Source of the DNA: Pseudomonadota bacterium
Lineage (GTDB): Bacteria > Pseudomonadota > Alphaproteobacteria > JBCCHK01
Reading direction: 5' to 3'
Assembly (NCBI GenBank): GCA_039028835.1
Contig: JBCCHK010000007.1
Location: 72,371 to 136,370 of the forward strand
DNA length: 64,000 nt
Every line of letters begins with the position of its first letter. The stretch's first letter is position 1. A model generated the notes under the pieces. It saw nothing but the letters and a program-made list of their open reading frames with translations. It made no database searches and was not told where the DNA came from. A program made the position numbers and the translations under genes. Positions 9,706 to 20,300 of the stretch are shown here, piece by piece.

Positions 9706-10497
9706 TTATGTCCAAAAGTGTTCTTGGAGTTTGGTTAAGGCTGCTTCATCGGTCAGGTCCATAGCCATAGGCGTGACCACGATGCGGTCCTGGGCCAGGT
9801 GATAGGCGTCGCTTCCTTCAGGCACATGTGCTTTGGTTTCCCGTCGCCCGCTGATCCACAGATAGGGGCGTCCACGCGGGTCTTTGCGCTCGATCAGCTC
9901 ATCCTCTTGCGGGCGCAGTCCTTGTCGTTCGATGCTAGTGCCTTTGATCTTGTCTGGCGGCACCCCGGGAAAGTTAATGCTCAACAGGTTAGAGCGATGC
10001 CAGGTATAGACTTCGAGCAAGCGGCGCAGCAGGTCTGGCGCGAACGCGAGCGGTGTTTGCCAGCACGGCGGCGTGTTGCGTAACTCCAGGCTAAGGGCGA
10101 TGGCAGGGACACCGAGCAAGACAGCTTCCATCGCCGCACCGATGGTGCCCGAATAGGTCACGTCCTCGCAGATATTGACGCCGCGGTTCACCCCCGAAAG
10201 AACCAAATCAGGTCCTCGATCCCCCATTTTACGGGGAATCCATTGGCGGCAGGCGACCAACACACAGTCCGAGGGGGTGCCGTCCACGCTGGAGGTCTTC
10301 TCGTCCAACTCGACTAATCGCAAGGGGCGATGCAGGCTGATGGAGTGGCTGGTGCCGCTCATCTCAAAGGCGGGTGCACAGGTCCACACGTCATCGCTCA
10401 AGCTGGTGGCAATCTCATGCAACACCCGCAGACCCCGGGCATCGATCCCATCATCGTTGGTCAGCAAGATGCGCGGATTATCAGGGACGCTTAGCAC
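9706..10497 (-). CDS. surE: 5'/3'-nucleotidase SurE
   Basis: N-terminal ILLTNDDGIDARGLRVL and overall SurE similarity. Confidence 0.85.
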   Translation of the reverse strand: MLSVPDNPRILLTNDDGIDARGLRVLHEIATSLSDDVWTCAPAFEMSGTSHSISLHRPLRLVELDEKTSSVDGTPSDCVLVACRQWIPRKMGDRGPDLVLSGVNRGVNICEDVTYSGTIGAAMEAVLLGVPAIALSLELRNTPPCWQTPLAFAPDLLRRLLEVYTWHRSNLLSINFPGVPPDKIKGTSIERQGLRPQEDELIERKDPRGRPYLWISGRRETKAHVPEGSDAYHLAQDRIVVTPMAMDLTDEAALTKLQEHFWT

Positions 10498-11750
10498 GAT
10501 AGGGTGCTCACACCGCCAAGGTAAGGCCGCAAGGCGTTGGGGATGTTGATCGTCCCGTCGTCTGCCTGGTGATTTTCCAGCAAAGCAATCAAAGCGCGAC
10601 CCATGGCGAGCCCCGAGCCGTTGAGGGTATGGACGAACTCGATATCGCCTTGCTTACCTTGCTGTTTTTTGGGGCGGTAGCGGGCGGCCAAGCGGCGGGC
10701 TTGGAAAGCGCCGCAATTAGAACAGGATGAAATCTCCCGATAGGTTTGCTGGCTGGGCAGCCAGACCTCCAGATCATAGGTCTTTTGGGCGGCAAAGCCC
10801 ATATCCCCGCTGCAAAGAATGACTATCCGGTAAGGCAGCTCGAGGGCCTCTAGGATATTGCGAGCACAGCGGGTCATGCGCTCATGCTCGGCGGCAGAGT
10901 CCTGGGGGCGGGTGATGGATACGAGCTCCACTTTATCGAACTGGTGTTGACGAATCATGCCGCGGGTATCTTTGCCCGCAGCACCGGCCTCGGAACGAAA
11001 GCACGGGGTCTGGGCGGTAAAGCGCAAGGGTAGGTCGTCTTCGGCAAAGATGGTGTCGCCCGCCAGCGCTGTCAGGCTGACTTCCGAGGTGGAAATCAGC
11101 CACCGGCCATCGGTGGTGTGAAACAGGTCTTCAGCGAATTTGGGCAGTTGGCCGACACCAAAGACGGTCGCATCATTGACCAACAGCGGCGGGGCGACCT
11201 CGGTATAACCATTGTGCTGGGTGTGGGTTTCGATCATGAATTGCCCTAAGGCGCGGTGGAGCCGGGCAATCGCCCCGCGCAGATAAACAAAGCGCGCGCC
11301 TGCGACCCGGCGAGCGGACTCAAAATCCACACCGGGAAAATCCGTGTGCCGCCGCGGGCAGTCAGCGCGGAGGGTGTCCCCCCAACGCTCTAACTCTTGA
11401 TTATCGGTTTCGTCTGTACCCGGCGGCACGTCCGGATCAGGCAGATTAGGCAGGGGGGCGAGGGCACTTTTAAGGGTATCTTGCACCTGAAATAGGTGAT
11501 CTTCTTTCTCGCCGATGGTCTTTTTGATTGCGGCCATGTCCTGGCGTAGGGCCTCTGTGCCTTGGCTTTGGCTTTGGAAGTCTTTTGACGCTTTTTTCTG
11601 CCTTGTGCGGAGCTCTTGAATTTCCGTGGTCAGCTTACGGCGCTGGGTATCCAGAGCGATCAGCTCAGCTGCTGCTGGCTCAAGGCCACGGCGTGCGAGG
11701 CCCCCATCGAAGGACTCAGGCGAAGCTGTAATGGCGCGAATATCGTGCAT
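10491..11750 (-). CDS. serS: seryl-tRNA synthetase
   Basis: N-terminal coiled coil plus the class II core (FRSEAGAAGKDTRGMIRQHQFDKVE…). Confidence 0.9.
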   Translation of the reverse strand: MHDIRAITASPESFDGGLARRGLEPAAAELIALDTQRRKLTTEIQELRTRQKKASKDFQSQSQGTEALRQDMAAIKKTIGEKEDHLFQVQDTLKSALAPLPNLPDPDVPPGTDETDNQELERWGDTLRADCPRRHTDFPGVDFESARRVAGARFVYLRGAIARLHRALGQFMIETHTQHNGYTEVAPPLLVNDATVFGVGQLPKFAEDLFHTTDGRWLISTSEVSLTALAGDTIFAEDDLPLRFTAQTPCFRSEAGAAGKDTRGMIRQHQFDKVELVSITRPQDSAAEHERMTRCARNILEALELPYRIVILCSGDMGFAAQKTYDLEVWLPSQQTYREISSCSNCGAFQARRLAARYRPKKQQGKQGDIEFVHTLNGSGLAMGRALIALLENHQADDGTINIPNALRPYLGGVSTLSC

Positions 11751-11823
11751 AACAAGACGAGCGTCTTTAATAATTGAGGGTGTTGGTGAGAGGCTGGGTG
11801 TGGGGAAGAATACCCGAAAGCTG

Positions 11824-12012
11824 TCAGGATGTAGCCACCCAAATCAACAACATTACGATAGCCAATCCTTGAAAGGCGACCCGCAGGCGCATCAACAGGT
11901 TGCCATAGCGGGCATTGAAATCACCGCCGCGGCCCATGCTGACAAGACCAACGACCATCACCGCAGCGGTGGCAAAGGCGGCCACGAGGGCCAAAATAAA
12001 CCAAATCGTCAT
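11824..12012 (-). CDS. twin-transmembrane-helix small protein (HIG1-like), 62 aa
   Basis: Two hydrophobic helices separated by MGRGGD, typical of alphaproteobacterial twin-TM small proteins. Confidence 0.5.
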   Translation of the reverse strand: MTIWFILALVAAFATAAVMVVGLVSMGRGGDFNARYGNLLMRLRVAFQGLAIVMLLIWVATS

Positions 12013-12215
12013 CGCATGATCTCGTTATCGTGTTATCTCGTCCATTTTTGTCATCCTCGCCGGGGCGTGCCCGGCGGTAGTTTGCGCTGCCAACCTTTGT
12101 CCTTGTTCCGGCCTGAATAAGCGGTTCAGCGGGCACCCTAGCCAAAACATCATAGCACACTTGCGGCACGATAAAGGGCTTTTGGTCGGCAGGAGTTTAG
12201 CCCGCGCGGGGTTGT

Positions 12216-12569
12216 GTGCTACACTCATCATCGTTTTGTAAGCAGGAGAGTGCGTTGCGGCAGCTGATTAGCCTTGTGATGATCCTTGTGGCGGTGGTGC
12301 TGTTGGGGACTCTTGCGCTTCCTTGGCAAGGGCTCGGCGGTAGTGTGGGCGAGAGCCTCTACCAGTGGGACCCGACCATCGTTAATCGCACCCAAAGTAT
12401 TGTCCAGCGATACCTGCATCCGGCGTTGTGGGATCAGGCCCTCTTGCCGGCGTTGCTATGGCCTCTACGCTCGGTCATGCTATGGAGTGGTGTGATGCTG
12501 CTTTTGGTCGGGGGGCTGATTTTGCTGCGTCGTCCTAAGCGGCGCATGATGTTTGCCCGCACCCGTTAA
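12216..12569 (+). CDS. hypothetical small membrane protein
   Basis: Two hydrophobic stretches and a 17-nt overlap with the next gene. No homology recognised; the start is unclear. Confidence 0.3.
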   Translation: MLHSSSFCKQESALRQLISLVMILVAVVLLGTLALPWQGLGGSVGESLYQWDPTIVNRTQSIVQRYLHPALWDQALLPALLWPLRSVMLWSGVMLLLVGGLILLRRPKRRMMFARTR

Positions 12570-13341
12570 TCCCATGACCGCGGAGGAAAAAACCCGCCGC
12601 CCGGTGATCGGGATTTTGTGCGATGGCGGGGTTTGGCGCGGTCACCCCTATCACATGACGGGCCACAAGTATGTCTGGGCAATCCAGCAAGGATGCGAGG
12701 CAGTGGTGTTTTTAATCCCGGCACTTGGGACGCACCTTACAGCCAATCTTACCCACGTTTTTAACCAGATCGATGGTCTGGTGCTCACTGGCAACACGAG
12801 CCATGTTCCTGCCGCTTGCTATGGCGGGACGGACTACTACCCGGTAGCAGAGCGCTGCTTGGTCCGCGATGAAACCCACCTGGCAGTGATTAAGCAGGCG
12901 ATCAAAGCCAACCTGCCGATGCTCGGCATATGTCGCGGCATGCAGGAGATCAATGTTGCGCTAGGCGGGACGCTGCAGGCTGTGGACAATCATGTCCCAA
13001 GCGAGCCGCTCGATCCGCAGGACTTAGGCTATGGCCTGGCGCACGAGGTCCAGGTGCGCGGTGAGGGCCTCACGGGTCGCCTGGAGCAGGTATTTGGTAA
13101 GCCGTGGGTGCGGGTGAACTCCTACCACGCCATGGCGATCGATCGTCTGGGGCAGGGCCTTGTCTTAGAGGCCTGCGCCGATGACGGGATCATCGAGGCG
13201 ATCTCACACACGAGTGCCCCGGTTTTTGCGGTTCAGTGGCACCCGGAATGGCGATTTTGGCAAGACGAGGTTTCCCGTGCCCTGTTTGCTGACTTTGGTG
13301 CACGGGTGCGGGCGGTTGCCCTGGCGCGTCGTTGCGCGTAA
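12553..13341 (+). CDS. class I glutamine amidotransferase / gamma-glutamyl-GABA hydrolase family (PuuD-like)
   Basis: GICRGMQEINVALGGTL nucleophile elbow and a C-terminal His region (AVQWHPE). Confidence 0.7.
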   Translation: MPAPVNPMTAEEKTRRPVIGILCDGGVWRGHPYHMTGHKYVWAIQQGCEAVVFLIPALGTHLTANLTHVFNQIDGLVLTGNTSHVPAACYGGTDYYPVAERCLVRDETHLAVIKQAIKANLPMLGICRGMQEINVALGGTLQAVDNHVPSEPLDPQDLGYGLAHEVQVRGEGLTGRLEQVFGKPWVRVNSYHAMAIDRLGQGLVLEACADDGIIEAISHTSAPVFAVQWHPEWRFWQDEVSRALFADFGARVRAVALARRCA

Positions 13342-13396
13342 AAGGACATCGATAAGGTTTTTAGATAAGGTTTTTGATTTTTAGGATACATCGCTG

Positions 13397-14860
13397 ATGG
13401 CTACGGCGTCCCTTGTTGCCCAAAACAATGATTGGGAGATGGTCATTGGGCTTGAGATTCACGCCCAGCTCATCACCCAGACCAAACTTTTTTCCGGCGC
13501 AAGCGCAAGCTACGGCGGCGAGGTCAACAGCCACGTGAACTTCGTCGATGCGGGCATGCCGGGTATGTTACCGGTGCTTAATCAGGCCTGCATCGACCAA
13601 GCGATCCGCGTGGGCTTGGGGTTGAACGCCGAGATCAATACCTACAGCCGGTTTGACCGGAAAAATTATTTCTATCCCGATTTACCTCAGGGTTATCAGA
13701 TCTCCCAATTTACCTATCCAATCATCGGCCCTGGCGCGGTCATGATTGACCTGCCGGATGGTCAGAGCCGCGAGGTACGCATTCGCCGGGCGCATCTAGA
13801 ACAGGATGCGGGCAAGTCGATTCACGACCAACACGATCGCTACAGCTTTGTCGATCTCAATCGCTGTGGCGTGCCCTTATTGGAAATTGTGAGTGAGCCC
13901 GATTTGTTTAGCGCGCAGCAAGCCGCCGCGTTGGTGCAAAAACTAAGGAGTATCCTGCGATATCTAGATGCTTGTGATGGCAATATGGAACAGGGCTCGT
14001 TGCGTTGTGATGTCAATCTTTCGATGCGCCGCGCCGGCGAAGAGATGGGCACACGGACCGAGACGAAAAATATGAACTCCATTCGTCAGATTGTGGCGGC
14101 CATCGAGCATGAATCGCGTCGCCAGATTGCGCTGTTAGAAAACGGCGAGGCGGTCATCCAAGAAACACGCTTGTGGGATGCCGCGCGCGGCGAGACGCGC
14201 TCGATGCGCTCTAAGGAAGATGCCCACGATTATCGATACTTTCCTGATCCTGATTTGCTGGCAGTGCGGATCAAACCCGCGCGGATTGACGCGGTACGTG
14301 CTGAACTTCCTGAATTGCCCGATGCCAAACAACAACGCTTTTGTGACGCGTTTGGCCTGTCGTCCTATGATGCGGCGGTTTTGGTTGCCAGCCGCGAGCG
14401 GGCCGTGTTCTATGAATCAGTATTGGCTGAGGGCATCGATCCCAAACTCGCTGCCAATTGGGTCATTACCGAATTGTTGGGCGCGCTTAACAAACAAGAG
14501 CGCCCCCTATCTGAGAGTCCGGTGGATGCGCTGATGTTGCGCGAGTTGCTAGAGTTTCTTGCCAAGGGCGTAATTTCAGGGCGCATGGCCAAGGACGTTT
14601 TTGCGCAGATGATGAGCAGCGGTAAACCAGCTAAAACCTTAATCAAAGAGCTCGGCTTAGAACAGCTTAATGATCGTGATGAGATCACGGCGGTTATCGG
14701 TCAGGTCTTGCAAGCACACCGAGAACAGCTGGCGGCCTATCGTGGCGGCAAGGATAAATTGTTTGGCTTTTTTGTCGGTCAGGTGATGAAGCAAACCCAA
14801 GGGCGCGCTAACCCAGGCCTCGTCAATGAGGTCTTAAAAGAAAAACTCAAGGGTCATTAA
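13397..14860 (+). CDS. gatB: Asp/Glu-tRNA amidotransferase subunit B
   Basis: GatB N-terminus (WEMVIGLEIHAQL…) and full-length similarity. Confidence 0.9.
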   Translation: MATASLVAQNNDWEMVIGLEIHAQLITQTKLFSGASASYGGEVNSHVNFVDAGMPGMLPVLNQACIDQAIRVGLGLNAEINTYSRFDRKNYFYPDLPQGYQISQFTYPIIGPGAVMIDLPDGQSREVRIRRAHLEQDAGKSIHDQHDRYSFVDLNRCGVPLLEIVSEPDLFSAQQAAALVQKLRSILRYLDACDGNMEQGSLRCDVNLSMRRAGEEMGTRTETKNMNSIRQIVAAIEHESRRQIALLENGEAVIQETRLWDAARGETRSMRSKEDAHDYRYFPDPDLLAVRIKPARIDAVRAELPELPDAKQQRFCDAFGLSSYDAAVLVASRERAVFYESVLAEGIDPKLAANWVITELLGALNKQERPLSESPVDALMLRELLEFLAKGVISGRMAKDVFAQMMSSGKPAKTLIKELGLEQLNDRDEITAVIGQVLQAHREQLAAYRGGKDKLFGFFVGQVMKQTQGRANPGLVNEVLKEKLKGH

Positions 14861-17142
14861 GACCTGCGCGAGCACGGGATCATAGAGATGTTTTTTTCTA
14901 CCTTTTTGATGCTCGGGTGTTTATCGGGGTAGGCTTTTTCTAAGATTCTTAATGCGTCGGTTAGTGATTTACGTGCTGAGACGTAATGGCCCATGTGGTA
15001 ATACATAATCCCGATGCTGTTGTGGATGGCGGCCAGCTGGGGGCTATCTTTTTTATGTTGCTTACGCTTGATATGCAGGGCCTGTTTATAAAGTGGCTCG
15101 GCGCGCTTGTATTGTCTTTTTGCACAATAAAGCCCGGCGAGTTTAATCGACATATTCGCCACCGCCGGGTGATGGTTGCCGTGTTCTAATGCAAAGCTCA
15201 TCATCGCGCGGTGATAGAGTTTTTCATCCTCTTGCGTATTTTTTTTACTTTGCTTGATGGTCTCGAAAGATTCTTCATGAATCGTCGCAGCGCTGAGAAG
15301 TTTGAGTTTGTTATCGATAGATGTGACCAGAGGGTGGTCTGCGGGCAGGCGTTTTTTTCTATCTTGTAACACTTTTTCATAGAAGCTGGCAGCTTCATTA
15401 TACTTTTTCTGCCGCTCAAACACGCTGGCCATTTCATGATAGAGCGAGATGGTTTGCGTATGGGCATCTCCTAAAGACCGCCGCCGCAGTTTTAAGGCTT
15501 GGCGAAACAACATCTCCGCATCTTCCTGTCGACCATTATCGAGTAGCTGGCGGGCGAGCGAAACAAAGTTCAGCGAACTGTCGTTCCCTTCGGTGAGTTG
15601 GGCGTAGATGGCTGATGGCATGATCCCCGCGCCGGATAGTTTGCCGAGTTTTTGCAGTGAGGCGTTGATCTGTTTATAGTCACCGGTATTTGCGTATGAC
15701 CGAATGGCAAGAGCTTGCTGATAGAGCTGTCGCGCCATATCGATATCCCCCTGAATGTGGGAGATATCGGCAAGTGCGTCCAGGGTGCTGGCCACTTCAA
15801 CGTGCTCAGCGCCCAGGGTCTTGCGTTTAATCTCCAGCGAGCGATAGCGCAGGGCTTTGGTTTCGGCGTAACGGCCCGCGGTGAGATAAAGATCGGCAAG
15901 TTGATCTAGCGTGTGTGCCATCCCCACCAAGCGGCCGCCGCCCGAGCTTTCCCATTGGCTGATGGCGCGAAGATAGAAAAACTCCGCATCAGGCAAGCGT
16001 CCTTGTAAACGCAAGGCGGTGGCGATCAATTCGTTGGTTTGTGCAATTTCTGGATTAGGTGTACTGAAGGTTTTACCGAATATGTCCACGGCTTCACGTA
16101 ATTGTTTTTCTGCTTGGGTGTATTGGTCGATTTCTAATAAAACCCGTGCACTATCAAGCAAGCTACGTGCAAGCATGGGGTCGGTAGCTCGGTTATTAAG
16201 GGCACGCCAAATTTCTATAGTTTTTTCATAGCACTCGATGGCTTTGTGGTGCTGTTTTTGTGAGTTATAAAAACTACCGAGCATATTCAGCGCACTTGCT
16301 CGGCGTGGGTGATTTTTTCCAAAATGCTCACGACATAGATTCTCTAGGCGCGCAGTGATGGTCACGGCTTCTGCGATCCGCCCCTGTTCCTCATAAAGCA
16401 GGGCAATATCCCGTAAGAGGTCGATCAAGACAGCATCGTGGCGGCCCGAGCGGTTTTCATAAATTGCCTGGGCGCGCAAAAACAAAGGCTCGGCAAGATC
16501 CGGGTTATCACTGGCGAAGGCCGATTGGCCTGCAAGGCATAGATAATTGGCTTCTTGAAAGGAATAAGGCTCACAGAGCTGCGTTGCTTGCTCGTAAAGC
16601 GCGGCGGCTTGGCTGTAGTCGAACCGTAGGCGCGCGAGGCGGGCAATCTCTCCTAGCACTTGCGTTTGTAGGCCATGCTCTTTGTTGACAATCGCGTGCA
16701 TGGCTGTAGACGCAGACTGGAAATCACCATTTTCTAGTGCGCTGATCGCTTGAGTGATCTGTACTTCGGCTTGGTCTTCCCGGGCGATGATTTGATGTTG
16801 CAAGGCGGTCATGTTGATGAGCGATTCGCGGTAATCATTGCGATACCGCTCGATGTACTGATCGGCCTTTTCGTAATCTTGGGATAGCCCGATAACCCGC
16901 TGGGAGAGCAGTCGGGCAATCTGAGGCGGCACGCCCCGGGCGCGAATAGCTTTTTGCAGGTCGATCTCCGTGCTCGCCGTCAAGGTAGCCGGTAGCATTG
17001 TGCGGCGAGGGCGAGTCAGCCCCAAACGTGCCGCCAATCCCACCAGCCACTTGAATACATTAGGCCGCGTGGTGCCCGCCGGTTGCGCGGTTGGCGGGCT
17101 TGTTTGTTCCGTGGTTTCTAGATTGAGGGTTGGTAGATTCAT
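14857..17142 (-). CDS. large tetratricopeptide-repeat protein (761 aa)
   Basis: Many 34-residue TPR-like units (…AxxYxQAxxI…LG…HP…A.S.NNLG.LY) after a Pro/Thr-rich N-terminus. Single-gene unit. Confidence 0.7.
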   Translation of the reverse strand: MNLPTLNLETTEQTSPPTAQPAGTTRPNVFKWLVGLAARLGLTRPRRTMLPATLTASTEIDLQKAIRARGVPPQIARLLSQRVIGLSQDYEKADQYIERYRNDYRESLINMTALQHQIIAREDQAEVQITQAISALENGDFQSASTAMHAIVNKEHGLQTQVLGEIARLARLRFDYSQAAALYEQATQLCEPYSFQEANYLCLAGQSAFASDNPDLAEPLFLRAQAIYENRSGRHDAVLIDLLRDIALLYEEQGRIAEAVTITARLENLCREHFGKNHPRRASALNMLGSFYNSQKQHHKAIECYEKTIEIWRALNNRATDPMLARSLLDSARVLLEIDQYTQAEKQLREAVDIFGKTFSTPNPEIAQTNELIATALRLQGRLPDAEFFYLRAISQWESSGGGRLVGMAHTLDQLADLYLTAGRYAETKALRYRSLEIKRKTLGAEHVEVASTLDALADISHIQGDIDMARQLYQQALAIRSYANTGDYKQINASLQKLGKLSGAGIMPSAIYAQLTEGNDSSLNFVSLARQLLDNGRQEDAEMLFRQALKLRRRSLGDAHTQTISLYHEMASVFERQKKYNEAASFYEKVLQDRKKRLPADHPLVTSIDNKLKLLSAATIHEESFETIKQSKKNTQEDEKLYHRAMMSFALEHGNHHPAVANMSIKLAGLYCAKRQYKRAEPLYKQALHIKRKQHKKDSPQLAAIHNSIGIMYYHMGHYVSARKSLTDALRILEKAYPDKHPSIKKVEKNISMIPCSRRS

Positions 17143-17208
17143 CGAATCTCTTGCCTGACTGTCTTTTTCCCAAAACCATCTTGGCCAAGATCACCCCTAT
17201 AGCAGAGC

Positions 17209-17256
17209 ACCAATGACATCTCAATGATATCCCAATCAATGATATCCCAATGACAC
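17209..17256. repeat. 15-bp tandem direct repeat tcaatgatatcccaa, 2 exact copies plus a degenerate flanking copy
   Basis: Seen directly at 17221-17235 and 17236-17250, with the variant caatgaCatc at 17211-17220. Confidence 0.8.
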
Positions 17257-17369
17257 CCATGTGACGCCCATGGCATGAACTGATCTTGTCCTAACACGAT
17301 ACCACGACCCTCTCTATGGCTTAAGGTGGGACCGTTTGTTGCAGGATATCCTGCCCCGTAGCAGAGTGG

Positions 17370-20300
17370 TTGCCCAAAGGTGTTTGTCGTTTTTTCTCTC
17401 ATATTGTTCTTTCGCAGGGGGCACGGGTGCACGAAATCGCAGGGCAAGGTCACGCGCTGGCAGGTTATCGTCGCCGGATGCCACGGCAAAACCCCGCCGA
17501 CCTGATTTTTATCACAGCAGCAGATAGCGAGTTGGCGTGCCTGGCGCAGGCACGCGCTTTGATGCCTGCTGCTCCCTCCGCGCTTCCCCCCCTCACCCTT
17601 GCCGGGATTATCACCGATGGTCTGCCCGATGAGGCGTCGGTGAATCGCTATCTGATGCGCATGCAATCGGCGGCGCGTTTGGTGATCGCGCGATTGATCG
17701 GTGGGCGCGCCTATTGGCCGCATGGGGTGGATGGGCTTGTGAGGATGGCGGCACAGACCTCTTGTCCGCTGATTTTGTTACCGGGGGATGGCAACGAGGA
17801 TCCAGACCTGTTGCGCGCGAGCACGGTCGATCCCGCGTTTCGCCAGCGCATTTGGCTTTATTGCCAGCACGGCGGAACGGATAACTTTCGCCACATGCTG
17901 GCTAGCATTCAGGTGTTTTTGGCGGGCCGCTCGCCGCTACAGGATCGGCGCCTCCCCCCCCCAAAGGAGATGCCTCGTGCCGGCGTTTATAACCAAGAAA
18001 AACCGGATGATGCACAATCCCAGAACAAACCCCTGGCCACCATCGTTTTCTACCGTGCGCTGATCGGCTCAGGCCTCACCGATCCAGTCGATACCCTGCG
18101 TGATGCCCTGCGGCGACAGGGGTTTCGTACCCAGGCTTTGTATATCATGTCCCTCAAGGACGAGACCTGCGGCGCGTTTGTTGCCCAACAGCTCGCCGCT
18201 GATCCGCCGGCGGTGATTGTGAATTTGACTACCTTTGCGGTGTCGTCCCCAGGGGCCTGGCGGCAGGCATCGCCCTTCGATGGCGTGAGTGCGCCCGTCT
18301 TACAAGCCATCATCAGCGGTGGTAGCAAGCGCGCCTGGGCGGCCCATGCGTTTGGTCTCAGTGCTCGAGATATTGCGATGAATGTCGCCCTGCCGGAAGT
18401 CGATGGCCGTCTGATGACCCGCGCCGTTTCCTTTAAGCAGGCGCAAAAGACCGATTCGCTGGTGCAGTACCCCTTGATGACCTACCAGCCGGATCGGGGA
18501 CGGGCGCGGTTTGTTGCCCAGCTTGCCCGGGCGTGGGTGCGTTTACGCCAGACGCCTGTAGAAAAGCGGCGGGTTGCCTTCGTGCTTGGCAACTATCCCA
18601 ACCGCGATGGTCGCATCGGCAACGGCGTGGGGCTGGATGTCCCTGCGGCGATGATGACCTGCGTGAAGGCCCTGGCGGGGGAAGGCTACCGGATCGAAGG
18701 GTTTCCAAAGACCAGCGAAGACCTCATGGCGGCGATGTTGGCGGGTCCCACCAATGATCTCACCCGAGCGCGCGACGGTGGGGTTCGATTCTCGCTCGCG
18801 GCCTACGGCAAGGCCTTTCGCCGTCTGCCGCTCGCCTTACAACGGGCGGTGACGGCGCGCTGGGGGGAGCCTATAAAAGATCCCTTCGTGCGGGATGGTG
18901 ATTTTGTCTTGGCGGTGAAGGTTTACGGCCACATCGCGGTCGGTATTCAGCCTGCCCGGGGTTACAACATCGATCCGGTGGCGGCGGTGCATGACCCAGA
19001 TCTGGTGCCACCGCATGGCTATTTTGCCTTTTATTTTTGGTTGCGGAAATCATGGGGGATGCATGGACTGGTGCACTTAGGCAAGCATGGCACAGCCGAA
19101 TGGTTGCCGGGCAAAGCCCTTGCGCTGTCAGCACGCTGTTATCCCGAGGCGGTGATCGGCCCCACCCCGCTCGTTTATCCATTTATCGTCAACGATCCAG
19201 GCGAGGGCAGCCAAGCTAAGCGGCGCAACGCGGCGGTTATCATCGATCACCTGACCCCGCCGCTCACCCGGGCCGAGACCTACGGCCCCTTGCGAGAGCT
19301 GGAGATGCTGGTGGACGAGTATTACGAAGCCTCGGCGATGGATCCCCATCGCGCCGCCCATCTGCGTGAGGATATCATCGCCCTATCTCGCCGCACGGGG
19401 CTGGATAAGGACAGCGGCCTGGCTGGGTCGCGCGATGATCTGGTCAGCCAGTTGGATAACTACCTATGCGAATTAAAAGAAGCGCAGATTCGCGACGGGC
19501 TCCATATTTTTGGTGAGTCACCCAAAGGTGACAGCCTGCATGACTTGCTGGTTAGCCTTACCCGTTTGCCCCGTGGGGATGGGCAAGGGGGTGATGAGTC
19601 GATCCTGCGCGCGATAGCGCGGGATTTACAATTGGACGGGTTTGATCCCCTGGCGGCCGACTTTGCCGAACCTTGGGCCGGTCCCCGCCCGCCCGCGCTT
19701 GCCCAAGTGAGCGATGATCCCTGGCGCACGGCGGGTGACACCCTTGAGCGGCTGGAACGTCTCGCCCGCCGTTACGTCGAAGGCTGCAGCGCGCCGTCAC
19801 CGGGCAGCGCGAGCGCTGACGTTCTCGCGCGCATCGATGAGGCCGTGCGTCCCGCCGTGATCGGGAGCGGCCAGCGTGAGCTCACCGGTTTATTGCGCGG
19901 GGTGCGGGGGGATTTTGTCGAGCCGGGGCCCTCTGGGGCGCCGTCCCGGGGGCGGTTGGATGTGTTGCCAACGGGGCGCAATTTCTATTCGTTGGACACG
20001 CGCACGGTGCCGACGCCGACGGCGTGGCATATTGGCTGGCATTCGGCACAAAAGTTAGTCCAAACCCACCGGGAACGAACCGGGCAATGGCTGCGGGCAA
20101 TCGCCCTTACCGCTTGGGGGACAGCAAATATGCGCACGGGCGGTGATGATCTGGCGCAGGCTCTTGCCCTGATGGGCGTCAAGCCAACGTGGGATACGGC
20201 CTCGCGGCGGGTTACCGGTATAACGGTGCTCCCTTTATCGGTGCTGGATCGGCCGCGGGTGGATGTGACCTTGCGCATCTCCGGTTTTTTTCGCGATGCC

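Noticed and set aside
12056-12075. Short GCCGGG…CCCGGC hairpin near the twin-TM gene
   Set aside because: It sits upstream of the gene start rather than after a gene end, the stem is only 6 bp and there is no T-tract, so it is not a terminator.
17143-17480. Cobalamin riboswitch upstream of cobN
   Set aside because: No B12-box (GCCACTG or its complement CAGTGGC) and no recognisable conserved core on either strand. Kept only as a low-priority cmsearch check.
18775-18800. tRNA T-loop-like string GGGGTTCGATTCTCGC
   Set aside because: It lies inside the cobN coding frame, the flanking bases cannot form a T-stem or acceptor stem, and there is no cloverleaf context.
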